Source of the DNA: Gonapodya sp. JEL0774
Lineage: Eukaryota
Assembly: GCA_027604505.1 (NCBI GenBank)
Contig: JADIIX010000030.1
Span: 62,001 to 126,000, forward strand
DNA: 64,000 nt
Direction: 5' to 3'
Within the stretch, counting starts at the first letter, position 1; each line of letters opens with the position of its first letter. The translations under genes and the position numbers were made by a program. Below the pieces are notes generated by a model. It worked only from the letters and a program-made list of their open reading frames with translations. It was not told where the DNA came from and searched no databases. Positions 36,914 through 51,371 of this stretch are shown here, piece by piece.

Positions 36914-39900
36914 TTACCTTCCCCTCCGCCGCATGAAATACGCGTTGTTCTCTCCCGTGAAATTACTTGCAGGTATATACTTGTTATAGAATCCAACTAT
37001 GAACTCCTCTGCTTTGAAGCCAAACTCTTGGTAAAGAATCATCGCGGGATTTTTTGTTTGCACGTGTAGTGTAATGTCATGTGGTTTCACAGTCTAAGAT
37101 CAAGGGATTGGGTCATTGAATTGGGATCAACATCTCCGAGTGGCGAATACTCACTTGGATCAACCACCACAACATCACTCGACCGATCCCGCACTTCTCC
37201 CAACCTGGCAATACTCCTACGTACGAGATATACCCTTGAGGGTTCATCAGTGCACATCCAACTACGAGTTGATCATAAACACAAACAACCGAAAAGTCGG
37301 GATATTTCAAGTGTTCAGAGACTATGACAAGTGTCTGTCAATAGTGCTCTGTTGCTACCAAATACATCACTTACCGTCAATTCCACTCCAAAAAATGTTT
37401 GAGAGCATCCAATTGCATTGGATGACCCATTTCTGGTCAAGGTAAAGAAATTGTAAAGGTTTACGTTCTCGTGGCTCTCCCCCCGCCTTCAATATGACAT
37501 CTTCCAGCAGTTGAGCGTGTGGAGATACAGTCTCCATATCTTGAAAGATGAGCGGTTTGAGAGAGCGGCCCGTGTAGGGACTGATTCTCGATAAAAGCGG
37601 TTCCGGGGGGCGACCGTAAAGTTCGTGCCGCAAACTTGCACCATTCGATTGCCGCCAAGAGGATGATACACCACCATCAAATTGGTTTGATTCCATGCGA
37701 GAATCCCTGCGCTTACTGCCCATGGCTGAGGTCATGACCTGTCCAATGTAAAGAACTTCGTTGGCCAAACGGGACTTCCGAGGGATAGATGCTATATCAG
37801 CCTCCGATTCGGAACTGCTTGCTTCTGAATACTCAATTACTGTCGGAAGTTTACTTCCAGATGCTCTTCCGTGTCCACTCGGAAAATCATCAACATTCGG
37901 ATCGATCTACGTCAACATTTATAAACCGGGTGCTCACAACAACTGACCCATACACTGACTCACCTCAAGCAATTGTTTCTGTTTCTTGGTCTCTTGAGTT
38001 TGGCCATCAGAAGGCTCCAAAATGACCGTTTCTAATTGATTGGGAGTGTCGTTCTGCAGAACAGGTGGACGAAAGGTGATGTACCATTCAGATTCAAAGG
38101 TTCGTTGATAAGTTCTCTTACCGGCCTCTTCCGCTTCTTTTGTAAATCAGCTCCTTCGGCAGTCGTTGTGACTGATTCGTGGGGAGTACCAGGTACCGAC
38201 GAAGGAGCCGGAACTTGTACAAATCGGTTCGCCGTTGTTACCGTGGACACACGCCCCACACTTTGAGAACTATTTCCCCGTGTACCCCTCCCGAGACCCC
38301 TCCCACGCAGCGCTATTGATGGTGTATTCGCCACTTCTGCATGCGACAGCCTCAGGCGGACATTTTGCAACTGTCCAACTTCTCCCTGCGCGTTCTGAGT
38401 AAACGCCCCAGATCTTCTTCCCTGTCCCGGTTCCGACAGTGTTTGCACGCCAGGAGCCACACCAGCCGACGTCGAGTACGCATGTACTTGAGGTAGAAAT
38501 TGATATTGAATGCTGCCGTTTGACAATCCCTCTAAGAGGACTTGGCGCGAATGCTGTGTTGGCAGACTAGCAATAAGGCCGGTGACAGTCGAGTTATACA
38601 TCGCGTTGTTTTGGCCAAAAATTGAGAAGTTCGGATGATCACTTGGCTGGATTAATGGAATGCGGGCGTATGTAGCACCTTGAGCAGGGAATTGAGGATT
38701 CTCTGTCCGTAATGGATGCTGCGTCTGAATTTCCCGATTATTGATCGTGGGGACAGAGTTTACTTGCAAACGGGACGAATTTGCTGTGACCGAGGGTACG
38801 ATTGATGAGCTTTGGGTCACAATCCATCCCAAATCCGCTGAATCCTGCGTATCTATTGTACCCGAAGGGTTGTTAACGGATTTTCCAAGGTTTCCACTAG
38901 TTCCAGGATTCGCCCCTCGCCAAGCTTTTCGGATACCACCACGCTGAATTGTCGTTCGACGACTGCCGATGCTGTTATTAATCGATTCGGATAGGTCCTT
39001 CTCCATGGTTGATTTCGATGCACGAATATCTGTATCCAGAATCGAGCCTGACGCAAGAACTTCCGTTTCCACAATCGTTGAAGATATAACATCATCCGTT
39101 TCCATCACATATTCTTTTGCAATGGCTTCAGTGTTCATTGCTGATTCTTGGAGAGATGCTTCCACCTTCGAGATTGATCGCATCAAAGGAGTTGCAGTTT
39201 CTGTCGCTGCCGCAGGGGTTCCGTCTCTCTCTAAATTATTTGAATTCGATTGTGTGTCGTCTCTTTTGACTGTCTGCACCCGCCGACTCCCATCGTTAAT
39301 GAGGGTCTCTTCCACCGAATCAGCTTCGTCTTCATCGACGACTCGACGCTTTGCACGTGGTCGTCGCAATGTTGACAAACTGGCAGACGCCATAGTCTCA
39401 TTGCCCGTTGAAGGTGCTCGTGACCGTTGCCGAATCCGCATTTTCTGAACTTCAGGTTCGGCACTTTCCGGAACAGGATTTCCCCCATCACTGCGAGCTG
39501 GTGTGTGCCGACGAGTTTCCTCATCATCGCCACTCCATAGCTCAGAGTATCGTGGGTCGGTTGCTGATTTACGACGGAGTGAAGACCGTGCTGGAGCAAT
39601 TGGACTATTCGAACGTGTTGGAGGCCGGGAGACCCGTCTTGATCGACGTCGACCAAGCACATCCGACTCATCTGAAGAAGGCTGTGATGAAACCTCTGAT
39701 GCAGATAACTCTGAAACAGTAGCTGGTACAGATGAGCGCTCGTCATCAAATCTGTCTGAACGAAGGGGCCCGTGGTATTCGTCCTCAGATGAGCCATCAA
39801 GATCGTCCCTTCCACGCCGTCGTGAGCCACCCTTGCCTCTCCCCCGAGGAATACCCCGCCCACGACCACCACGAACTCTTCCTCGCCCACGCACACGTCC

Positions 39901-42900
39901 CTTCAAAGTTTCGTGCCGCTCCTCCCGCTTGCTTGTTTCAAAGTCTGATGTAATCTCTGTCCCAGATGTGTCTTTGCTTTTTTCTTCATCAGACCCAAGA
40001 TCATGCACAGCACGCAGTGAATTATTTTCTCCCTCTTCTTTTCCAGATTGATGCGCTATCTTATCCGAATCTGCGACAACGAGGTCTCTCGAGGCTGAGG
40101 ACAACAGCTCCAGGACTCTCTGTTGTGATACTGTGGGCGGATTGTGTAACTGAACTCCATTGACGGCAATATCCGATTCCAGGCTGTTCACACCGGTGTC
40201 AAAAAGATTAACAACATCTCTCTTTTGGATTCGAGATGAACCTCCACCAAACGCTACACCCTCGGGCACTTGAGTTGCTACTCTCTCATTCGATAATATT
40301 CGAGCAGGAAGGTCCCTCTCAACGTTTATATTCATCTGCGCTGACACCTCAGGTTTGTCAATTGCCCCAAATGTGGAGAGTCCTGGAGTAGCAGAATAGC
40401 CTGAATGCACAATTTGAGACACAGATTGTCCTGAAAGTATCCCTGCCGCGATTCCCAAAGCGAGAAGGCTGGACGCCACGGTTGCTGACGGTCCTTCGAC
40501 AATCGACTGGCGTGAGGGAACCGAATCTTCCCCAGCCGATGCCAACGTACGCGTGCCACGACGAGCAGTCGCTCGACGTTGATTGCTTGATATGTCCTCC
40601 AAGATGGAGGAAGCTGACTGAGAGGTACGCTTGTTACCGGTGCGCATCCCAACTCTATCCATCGCAACGACACGGTCAGATTCCCGAGTCGGCATTGTCT
40701 TTGGCGGATTGAGGATATGAGTCATCTCTTCTTGTTCAAATTGCTGTGAGATGATCGACGGAGAGGCAACCAATTGCTCAGCGTGACGGACTCTAGAAGC
40801 AGAGAGCAATGTTGAGGTTGAGGGAGAATCTTCCCTCTGTCGTTTCTTCGACGTTTTTGGAGGAACAGGGGATCGAGGCAATTCTACAGTAGTTAGCCCA
40901 GATGCTGGTTGCACGTCGATGTCAGATTTCCCTGTTTCTATTGACAGAGATGGTGACACAACTTTCAGGGCAGGTTTTGGTTTCGACAATTTCTGATCCG
41001 AGAGGTCAGAATCTTTGGAGTTGAACCCTTGTCTGCCTCCGTTGGGCGACTCCTCACTGAGATTCCAAGCCGCATCTTGCAAAGGCAGTTCCAGATCGCT
41101 TGGTCTGAGTCTCGGCGTTGTCTCAGCCTCAGATGTATCATCCTTGGAAATGCATGGTGATGCAGCTCCGTCTGTCACAATTTCGGGTGGCGTCGACGGT
41201 CGAGATAGTTGGTGTTGCTGAGGTGCCAGGTCGACAGGAGTCACAGAGCCTGCCCGTTGGGAATCCGAACCAGTAGGAGAAGCCCCAAGATCAACGCGCA
41301 CATGGGACAGTTCCCGTTGCTTGACGGACTGGTTATTTGGAACAGAACTGCCCAAGCGAGCCGAAAACATAGATGTTGCAATTGTCGATGCCTGCGACAC
41401 ACGTGGCGCAGACATCCCCGAAGGTTGCAAGTCCCTATTTACTGATTCTGTCGATGGAGATCGATTCTTACGTGTTGATGCCGGTCGCGGCGACGGATCT
41501 GCATCAGGGGTCAACTCATCAACTATGGATGACACTGGTACAGCTACTTCTGTTTTTAAATCATCGTCGACTGCACGAGACTGACCCCAGGAAGTTGATG
41601 TTCGAGTCGGAGTAGATTTACGGGGGGATTCAACGCTGAATCCTGGAGCCAGGTCATCTGACGCAATTAGAACCGGGGTAGTCACGTCTTCCTGTTCAAC
41701 AACCGATGGATCCGGAGGTCTCGATCGACCCCGGCGAGCCGAAACTCTCTGGGTCGAAATTGTCACAGGGATAGATGTCGCAGTTACGGGAATCCCGACG
41801 TGAGGTGTCGTGGCTTGCAACGTAACATCTTCCGCACCACTCTCTCTTCCCACAACATCCTTGATTCCGGCAGATAACTCAGTGGTGGTTATCCGACCCC
41901 GAGAAGTGGCAGCTCTCCCTTTCACAGCCTTTCGTTTTGCGACCCTGCTGGCCTTTACATCCAAAGCTTTTTCTTGCTCAGGATCGGACACAAAATTGCG
42001 CTCCTGGTCGAGACTAGCAGATTCAGACATTGGAACTTGTTTCGAATGCCTTCCGCGCTTTCTATCCGACATAATCCTCTCGCCAGAATCTGCGACCGCT
42101 GTTGGCTGAGCTTTCATTTCAGAGCCTGATACGCCTCCACCGTCTCCCCGTGTCTCTGAGATTGGCTCAGTTAGCGGTGGCACTGAAACGACATCATCAC
42201 CCAAAGAACTTATGAAGGGCTTCTCTGAACTTTTGTCAAGCAGTCCATCCAATCCTGGCATCACAAGTTCCCCCAATTGGACGAACTTCCAAGATCGCGC
42301 GAATCTTCCCCGCTTCTTCGCAACGTCTCGTCGAGCCAAAGGAAACACACGCTCATCGTCTACAGGTAAATCAAACTTGGTATGATTTCCAAAAGCGAAG
42401 TCTGTGACCACCATGTCTGCTGTAGACTCGACCACGGTGGATGAGGAATGTGGCCGTGGTGAGGAGCCGGCCAAGCAATTTGGGGGAAGAACATCGATGG
42501 CTTGAGAGCTTGTTGACACCAACAATTGGAGACTTTCCGCTGGAATGGCCGAGGCACTTGAGCGGAACGGCTGACCACTTGCGAGACTCAGAGGATCAAG
42601 CGGTCCAGGCGTGACCAAATCGTTCGCGGCTGGTACTGAAAGAAGGGCTTTCATTGCTCGCCTGTCCCTCCCAATCACCCTCTTTCCCAATCCGGACAGC
42701 AACGGCGGCCGGTCCCTGTCAACTGCTATCGTCGCTGATGTGGCAGCCGCAGTATCTGCCTCCTCCTCCGCCTTAACATTGACATCTTCGAGAGCCAGTC
42801 CTCGCAAATTGATTCGTCTTAAACTTCGAACGTTCTTCTGTTCCACATTTTGCTCCCCCACTGACTCCAATCGTCCCTCTGATAATGCATCCAACTCCAC

Positions 42901-45300
42901 CGTGTCCGAATGAGCACCAGTCTCTGACCCCATCACCTTGCCCCGTCTTAAGCTGGTCAAACTTGGCGCAGTCGGAACCAGACTAGGCGGCGAGTGCCCT
43001 GTGACCGGCGAAGGCACGGGAGGGACAAAATTAGGAGCAATATGGACAATGTTCGCACCATCTTTCTCGTCTTCCGATCCGTTCATGACCGTATCCAATA
43101 GCACGTCACCATTTGCCCCGTCTACGCCGCCCCTCGGATTTGGGCTCGATCTCACACCATTTCGCTTGGAACGCGCGGCGATCAATGAGGCAACTGTTTC
43201 ACTGAGAGAAGATACCACTTTTGGTGGAAATGTCTCGGTGGCAGCCGGAGGGTGTCTGATTGGTGAGGGTGCCACAACTGTAAGTCTTGTTGTCTCGAGA
43301 ACCGCAACCCCTTCCATTTGCTGCTCGGAAAGTCCCTCTCCTCCTGCCCTCCTCCCTGACGTCCTTTTGGGTAAAGCTGTCCATATGTTCATTTTCTTCT
43401 TTGTGAGTTGTGTTGATTTGGCGACTGCGGTGTTGACCCGGCTATTCCCATCTTCACCTCCACCCGTCACGGATTCGGCAGACGGACCATGGATAGTCTT
43501 TTCAACGTCCATGGCATCATCATCACCTGTCCCTTGCACCACGGTGTCTGCAGGAGCCGAGTGTGCGTTCAATATGTCGAGTTCAGTATTGCTCTCCCCG
43601 CCCTGTCCCCCCCCCTCAATTTCACTGGAACTGGAACTGGAGGTGGAATATTCAAACTCCGTTAGGTCAGATCCATCTGAATCTACACTTCCTCTCCGTA
43701 CGTCCTTGCTCCTCGCCCTCGGTATTCTCACCGCAATTGACTTGTTCTTCCCGTTGTCCGTATCGCTTTCTTCTTTTCGCTCTGCGAGCTCGTCCTCGAG
43801 TTCATCCCAATTCTCACTCTCGCTCCCATCGCTAGAACTCGACACGTCCATGCTTCCTGAGCTCTCTCCGTGCCGTGGCGAGGACGACACACCAGCAGCT
43901 CTTCGTCGTTGAGATTGGCGTGGGCGAGATTGTGCGGATCGTTCGGGTAAGTGTGGAGACGAGGGAGCTGGCTTGGTGAGGCGTCGGGAGGAGGCGCGAC
44001 GTGGAGGTAGGTGAGACCGCGAGGGAACGGTTCCTGCGATTTGCAAGTAAGATGGATGGCTGTGAGTTGGAATGTAAATGACATTGTGGCTCACCAGAGT
44101 GAGCCTTAAGCCTGGTAGCAGCAGATGAAACAAGTGACGGTATGTCCCCTGCACTCAGAAACATGGTGATAATTGTTCGTCAAAGAAACCGATTTAGATG
44201 GTAGAATCAGCGACAGGCGCGTTTCTCACTTACTACTGCCAGGCTCTATCCACGGCTGCTTGAGAGCCCACAGCCGCGGCTGCACACCCGGCATAGGTAT
44301 TGATTCGAACAGGTCAGGTTTCTCCGAAACGCGAATTTTGGCGGTATTCTCCCAAGTGTGTGATTCTTGAGTGGAGCAGGAGGAAAGAGTCAGTGGAGGC
44401 TTTCATTGAATACCCAAACAGTGTCCGCCTACTAATCCCCATAAAGCCTGCTAAGACTTATATTTCCAGGGTCTTCCTGGAACATCTTCGTTGTGGAGCT
44501 CCTGTTCTCTCCATCTCATGTGCCCAATTCTCACGGAACCTTCGTCCACCATAACTCAACACTTACTCTTCTCTCCAGGTCTTAAATAGTCCCAATTTCT
44601 GTCAATAAAATCAGTCAAGTCGGTAAGAACGAAAAAGCGCCGACCGTTCGGTTGGAGGACGCCCTTAGTTGTCTCGCGGGTCACTAGGGGGCTGTTGGGG
44701 GTCTCTGGGGACGAGGAACTGGAGGGTGGTGTTGGTCGAGCCACATTACACTGACTACTACCAGAGAGTTGTACAGGATCGGGTAAGTCTGGGTAAGCGA
44801 CATGGAGGTTGTAGAAAGCTAGGTGGACAGTAGTTGACCAAGGCATGATGACACGTTTCCAGTTATTGAGCTTCGGAGGGCGGGATTCAACTGGTAGCGC
44901 AGAGGAGCACACAGCGCACGTGAAAGTGTAGTAGATGTCTCCCGCTAAGTGGGCCTTGGAAATGACGCAGTTTGGATGGAAAAGCATCCAGCATTTGTTG
45001 CATTTGAACATGTGCTTTGGGGGATTTCCTGCTTTCATGCCACGCCCGCAGTAGCAATAAGTATCTTGTTCGTTTGCAGAGTGTTGGTCGTCTACCCATG
45101 TTAGTTTGGAGGGCTAAGAATGGGGAAATGTTGCAATGCCCAGTTGGTGAGTTTTGTGGTCACAATGGTGGATAGAAACCAGGAAGACCACAATGACCAC
45201 ATTCATACTGATGAATCTATCTTGTCGTGCCCAATCTCGATCGTTCCTATGTTGGTTCGCCCCTTCCACCCCGCCTAAAACAAATATCCATTGTTTTATC
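36914..45300 (-). CDS. KAT14/CSRP2BP/ATAC2-like acetyltransferase: N-terminal PHD-like zinc finger, ~2000-aa disordered exon, C-terminal GNAT
   Basis: N-terminus YCYCG...CNKCWMLFHPNC...GDIYYTFTCAVC...WSTTVHLAFYNL...FIDRNW. C-terminus SPYTGRSLKPLI...FWSGID...YPDFSVVCVY..LVVGCA...YISYVGVLPGWEKCGIGRVML...DITLHV...NPAMILYQEFGFKAEEFIVGFYNKY. Start approximate. Confidence 0.85.
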
Positions 45301-45558
45301 TCACCCCACCGTTGTCGAGCTCACGTCATAAGGAAGCTCAGGTAGCTCCACGGGCAAAACCCAGTCCGGTGCTATCTCCGTCACGCGCGCTTTCTGTTTC
45401 ATCAGCCCTCCTGATGAGATTTAATGTTGAAAGTGTGCAAGTGTGCAAGTGCCGTTTATATTCCTAGACCTTTGATATGTAGTTTCCTATTGCTCACATA
45501 TGACCATCTTCGGAAATTTGAACCCAGCGTTTTAAGGGTGACAAGTGGGCGCTAAGAT

Positions 45559-48500
45559 ATGGTCGAATATCCGCCAGATACAACAGATGCAGTCAAGGCT
45601 TCCCATAAAGTGGGGACTGGAACGGGCAGTGAATCTTCAACAGAGGTGTGCACCACGCTAGTACCCGTCACGTGGTGATCGCCACCTTTCATGTGTCTGA
45701 CGCAATCATTCCTTTATCTTCTGTTTTTTTGACTCTCCGGTGTGTTGGGTTCCTGACTCCACATAACCAACCTGTTCTCCGGAAACCGTCTGTTGAAAGC
45801 CTGCCTTACCACAAGATGAGGGACAAATTCGCTGTATATGTGGATTTGATCATGACGACGGGTTCACCGTCCAGTGCGAACGATGCTTGGTCTGGCAGCA
45901 CTGCGTCTGTGTTGGACTATCGGACGATAATATGCCTGACGAGTACCTCTGCGAACGGTGCTTCCCCCGCCAGTTGAATGTGGAGGTGCGTGAATCGGAC
46001 ACTGGTGCTATTTCAGAGCTGTTGTGAAGTGGGGAGGGCGCTGAAGGCGGAGCTCCCTGCGTTCTCAGAAACGATTTCTATCCCGAGTCGCTGTAGTAGA
46101 GATGGAGATAGCGAGCAAGATCTGAAATTGCGCAGAGACAAATCTCCGGGACCTACTCTGGTTCTGAATGGGCTTGTGCTACGTTCCTACTCTCATATCC
46201 TCATCCTGAATAGCGTGCCATCACCGTCCAACTCCGGCAACGTGCCCTACGCTCCCCTTCACCCCGCTCGCACGCTCGGGCACCACTCGTTCCTTCGTTT
46301 TCATCTCAATCTAGCTCCACTACCCTGAAATCTCCTCGTGGGTTTCCTTCGTTGCCCTCGAGCTCCAAACAGAATACTGTGACACCCTCAATCTCTGTGG
46401 GGGCTCTGGCATCATCCTCATCTTCCAGTAACTCTCTCTTTATACATGGATCTGTTTCGCACTCAATCCCTTATTCCCTCCCATCGGAAATAATGCCTAC
46501 CCGTCGCCTATCCTCCGTATCTGTCCCCTCCACGCCCGTAAACTACCCGCACGGTACCATACAGACAAGCGCACAGACTCAGTCGGGAAGCAGGCGAGGC
46601 GCGACAGGCAAGCGCAGTGGTGGAAGCATGGGAGTGGGTGGTGGAGCCACCATACAATCTATTGCTCCAGCAAACGCATCAGATTCCTCCACCGTAGCTC
46701 CTTTGAATTCCACTAGACTCACAACGACTGGGTTTCCTCTCTCCATTCCTCCGCTTTCCGAGCCCCGGGCGCTCTATCTCACTCCCACCTCGTCATCCTT
46801 TCCGTCCCTTCATCACCCTACGCGCCTCTTTTCGCAAACGCAACCTCCAATCAATGTTCTTGCCACTCCATCATCCTCGCACCCGTATCATAACATTAAT
46901 TCATCCAAACAACGTCGCACCTCATCGACCGCAGCCCCCCTCCTGTTATCCGCCGCGCTTGAATCTCCACCGCCTGTACCGGATTTTTCCACTCCGGAGG
47001 ACGCATACGACTATTTGGCTGCGTCGTACGTCCCAACCTCACCGTCTGACGTGCCAAGGCACCTTTCACCCGATGAAGACAGGTTGTGTGCCGAGACCGT
47101 GACCGACGCCGAGAAGGCTGGTATTGTGGTCTTCGGTAGAGGCACCAACGTTTTTGCGAGCGAATCGTTGTTGGAAGATGCGGATGACGAATATGACGAG
47201 GCTGAGCCAAACGAGGATGGAGACGTGAACATAGAATACCCGACAACCCCCCCTCCAGTTCACAGTGGTAGTGTCTCGGACCCCACTGGGTCTTCTCCTT
47301 CCACTCCAGCCAACCCCGATCCCTTTGCTATTCTTGCTATTCCTCGCGCCCGTCTCATGTCCGGTTGCCACGCTGCCTCCGCGCGACCAATAATACCCAT
47401 TACCCGCATCTGGGCGGTGAATTCTGAGGACGAGGAAGGAGATGATGGTGCGGGCACAGGCACCGGGACGGATGAGGAGGAGCGGTGGGCGAGGAAGGAA
47501 CGGGAGATCACTTCAGCAAGAAGTGCCGCGAGGCGAGGTAAGGCGGGTTTACCAACCTTGGCTGCCTCTGGAGTGCCAATCTATGGTGCCCTGCGGGCAG
47601 ACGCAGTTAGGTATGGTGTATTCGCTGCCGCACCATTGGCAAGAGGGGAGATGATTTGTGAAATCAAGGGTACTGTTGTACATCGCATACGCTTAGCGGC
47701 GCCAGGGGAGGTTGGTCCTGGAGGAGCTACTGGAAAAACATCTGGGAGGAAGCAGCAGAGGGGATTGGGAACCGGGGTAGCCAATGGCAGTGGTGACGTG
47801 TCCGGCGGCGGGCCCACACATGTCCTCCCTCCGTTTGTATTTCCCATGCCGGGACTACCACTGCTGGTGGATTGTCGTGCGTCCGGTGATCCTGTGGGTC
47901 GGTTTGTGCGAGCGGATTGTCGAGGCTTGCCGCGGACGTTTGATGGCTTACCTTTGGGTCCAGCTAACTTTTTGGGGGGACATCATTTGGAGAGGTCGGC
48001 AGTTGTTGTCCCGAGGCCCTGGAATGGTACCAGGGCGAACTCTGTAGCGCGGGTTGCTGTGGTGGACTCGCAACCAGGAGGCAGGGACTCTGAAAGATTA
48101 CGATTAGTGTTGGTGGCTTCCCGAAACATTGCACGGGGAGAGGAGGTGGTTTTAGGGTGGAAGTGTGGGGACAACGGTGTGGGTCTTTGGCCGTGCGGGT
48201 GCGACAGAACTGATGGTTGTGTTGTGTCTGAGAATGCGGTGCGAACCCTGGGTGGGGGCCTATGGGACACGAGTAGGGTGAGGGACGATCCGCAAGCAAA
48301 GCGCGAAGTTGCACAGGCAGTTCAATCAGGAAGAGCGGCCAGGCAGAGGGCCGTAGCGGCGAGAGCGCGAGAACTGTTGATGCGGAGCGTTGCAGGATCA
48401 GGAGGAGCGAACTCTGGGCGAATGGGTACAAAGAGGGGGAGGAAGGAATCAGTAGAGAGGGATGGAACGGAGGACGGTGACGAGGAATTGGCGAAAGTGA

Positions 48501-51336
48501 GGACAGGATTAAGTGGTTGCAAAAGAAGAAAACGGAAAACTGGAGATATGCTAGATGTGGAGGAAACTGAGGAGGCAATTAGTACCGAAGATGAGTTGAG
48601 GAGTTTGACTGTGATCACAACTCCCACGATCTCTCCTCCAAGAAAGCTTGGCGACTCAGGGTCACTCGACCAAACTCCTGGGCAAGTGTTCGGCTCGGTA
48701 ATGCGTGAGAATCCTCAACTCGAATCGACAGCTGACGAAAGCCTAGTGGACTTGACCGCATCCGCATCCTCCGCAGTAGAGTCATTGATAGAAAATAGGA
48801 CAATATCGGAGCACGATGATGATGTGGAAGGTGGTAGGACAACAGACGGAGCAGAGGTGAAGGCATCAATGAAAAACTTCGTGCCGGATTATGAAGAATT
48901 AGCGCCGACCCGGCAAAGCCGAGAAAGTGAGTTTTGCTCGAATTTGGATGGCGATCGTCATCTTGTAAATTGTCACTACTCCTAGACTTCAATCCACTTG
49001 AATCGTTCTCCATGGCGTGGGATATTACCGCCCGAGAGTACAAAACATCGGGACTTCCGAGTCCAACCAACTCCCAAACAATCGCCGAGCACCCACCCCT
49101 CATTGTGGAATCTCTAAATCCGCCTGCTGAACCTCCCCAGGTCACTCCACCCACCGTACCCGTTGAACCAGCTGCACCAGTTCAGGTCAAGAAAGTCAGC
49201 TTGGCCGTTTACAAATTGAAACGTGGTAGTGCGGTGACTGATGTTGCACTCACTAACGAGCCGCAAGCGCTCCCGCTATCTGTTACTCCGTCGTCGGCCG
49301 ACCCCTTCAACAAACTGGTGGACTTTGAGGGAATCAGTGATGTGGGCAGTTTGGCCAGAAAAGATTCATTCACATCGGCACATTCAATTGATCTAAACGC
49401 CACAACGAACCTGCATATCGCAAGGATGGCTCCTGAGAGTATCCCTCTCCCCCCTCAGCGGTCTTTGCAATGGAACGAAGAAATGTCCAGTGTCCAGCAT
49501 CAATATAAACCACCATCACATACTGTTCGCTTTCCGTCAGTATCTTCTGCCTTCCATCCAGATATAACGGAAGGATCAACAAGCAGCAGGTCTGCCGTGA
49601 GTGTTTATACTAGAGATGTGGAACAAAAGCAAAGTGGGATAATGGCAGAAAGAGATCCGAGGAAACGTGGCACATCTCTTGTCAAATTTGAGGAACAGCG
49701 TCCAAGAACAAAAGTTCACTCGGCCCCGCCGGATGGAGCTGTGGAATACCCTTCTCCAACTCTGGTGGAGTATCCCTCAGACTGGAAGATCCCAACGTTG
49801 CCAGAGCCAATTCAGGCAACTGGGTTGCCCTTGAAGTCAGACTATCCAAAATCGCGACAGCATTTGTTGGAATTCAATTCCCAAACTCAGCCACAGAGTG
49901 ATTTTGTGTCTTCACGCACTGACCTGAATGAATCACGAGACCATCTGTGCAATGCCGGGCCGACGCGAGGTCAACAGCCGACTGGGAGAGGGAGATCTTT
50001 GTCTCCCGGCAGCCGAGGACTTGGGGATCAGGTGCTGGTTAACAGCGGATCTGCGAAACCATATTCATTGGACTCCGAGGATATTGCTATTCAGAACTCG
50101 GGGACAAAAGGAAATCCTCACTCTCACGAACCACAGCATAGTGGGCAAGTGAGCCACTTGCCATTGTTTGGACGCTTGCGAGAAAAGTTGGCAGATCCAG
50201 CGATACCTGTGGCCATTTTGACCTCTCGAAAGACTTTGCCTCTGGTTGGTACGGATCCTCAGAAATCGCCTCACGTCACGTATGTAAAGGCATCGAGCTC
50301 TCCAAATATTACGGGAAGTCGCTCAACAGAGTTGGCTACTGCCATAATAACACGACAACCACAATCGGGAAGCGATGCGCCACGACCTGTCCCCGCCTCC
50401 TTCACGACAGCTGAAAGCTCCGTGAAGACTCAAAACAATGCACGATTGAAGCCAGTTGCGCTTAAATCTGCCCAAGTCAAGGCTGAAATTAAAATCCACA
50501 TCAAGAATCCTCAAGCAGAAGCAAAGCAGATTGAACGGGGCCGGTTTGCAAGATCGCGAAGCTCTTCGCTGAGTTCTCGAAGTCGTAGTACTTCTTCGTC
50601 ACGATCTTCGAGCTCCATGAGCTCCTCGTCGAGCAGATCATCGGAAGATCAGGGCTCCATCGAAAATGGACCCGATCGTGGTGTGTTGACGCGTTCTTTG
50701 GACTCAGTTCCTTTGCGGAAGTCGCCGGCTTCTGCTCGTGAGAACCAACGGATGTCAGAAGATCGAGGGGCGCCAGCTCGAGATGAACAGATGGATCGCA
50801 TCATTGGAGATGAGTTCCTTCCTCATCCACGGCAGGCTCCACTCTTCGATGTCTTTCGCGCAAAGACAATGCATGGACCGCCCTCTCACACCAGTGGCCC
50901 TGGCCGCTGGTCGTCTGACTATTCGGCAGTTGTGGGTCCAGGACCCATCAGAGGCCGATCACTTCCCTCCGTTGCGCACGGACATTACCCTTATCCGCCC
51001 AATATACCTCAGTGGGATCGATATGGTCCGACTTTGCAACATCTACACGGCGCTCAAGGTTACATAGACCACCGATATAGGGCCCAACCGGACCCTCCGT
51101 ATCCCACACGTCCAAGTTCACAACACCGTCCTGATAGCAGACTCCACGAATTTGATCGCCATGGATTCAGTGCAAGGTTCGAGCCCGAAAGAGTGTCAAG
51201 AGATGCGCGGGAACGAGAACGAGAATTGTGGGGTGGGGAGCGGGAGCGTGACCCAAGAGATGCGAGAGAGCGAGAAAGATTTGCGAGAGAGAGGGAAAGG
51301 GATCTGCCACCTAGGGCAAGAGATCTTCGGTATTGA
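45559..51336 (+). CDS. PHD plus SET protein of the Set3/Set4/MLL5 type
   Basis: PHD IRCICGFDHDDGFTVQCERCLVWQHCVCVG...PDEYLCERC at about 45825-45965. SET RYGVFAAAPLARGEMICEIKG...PFVF...LLVDCR..G...RFVRADC...LVASRNIARGEEVVLGW...CGC. NHSC is replaced, as is typical of this inactive subfamily. RE-rich tail. Confidence 0.85.
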
Positions 51337-51371
51337 CAATTGTATATTGCGCACCACGTATCGTTGACAAT

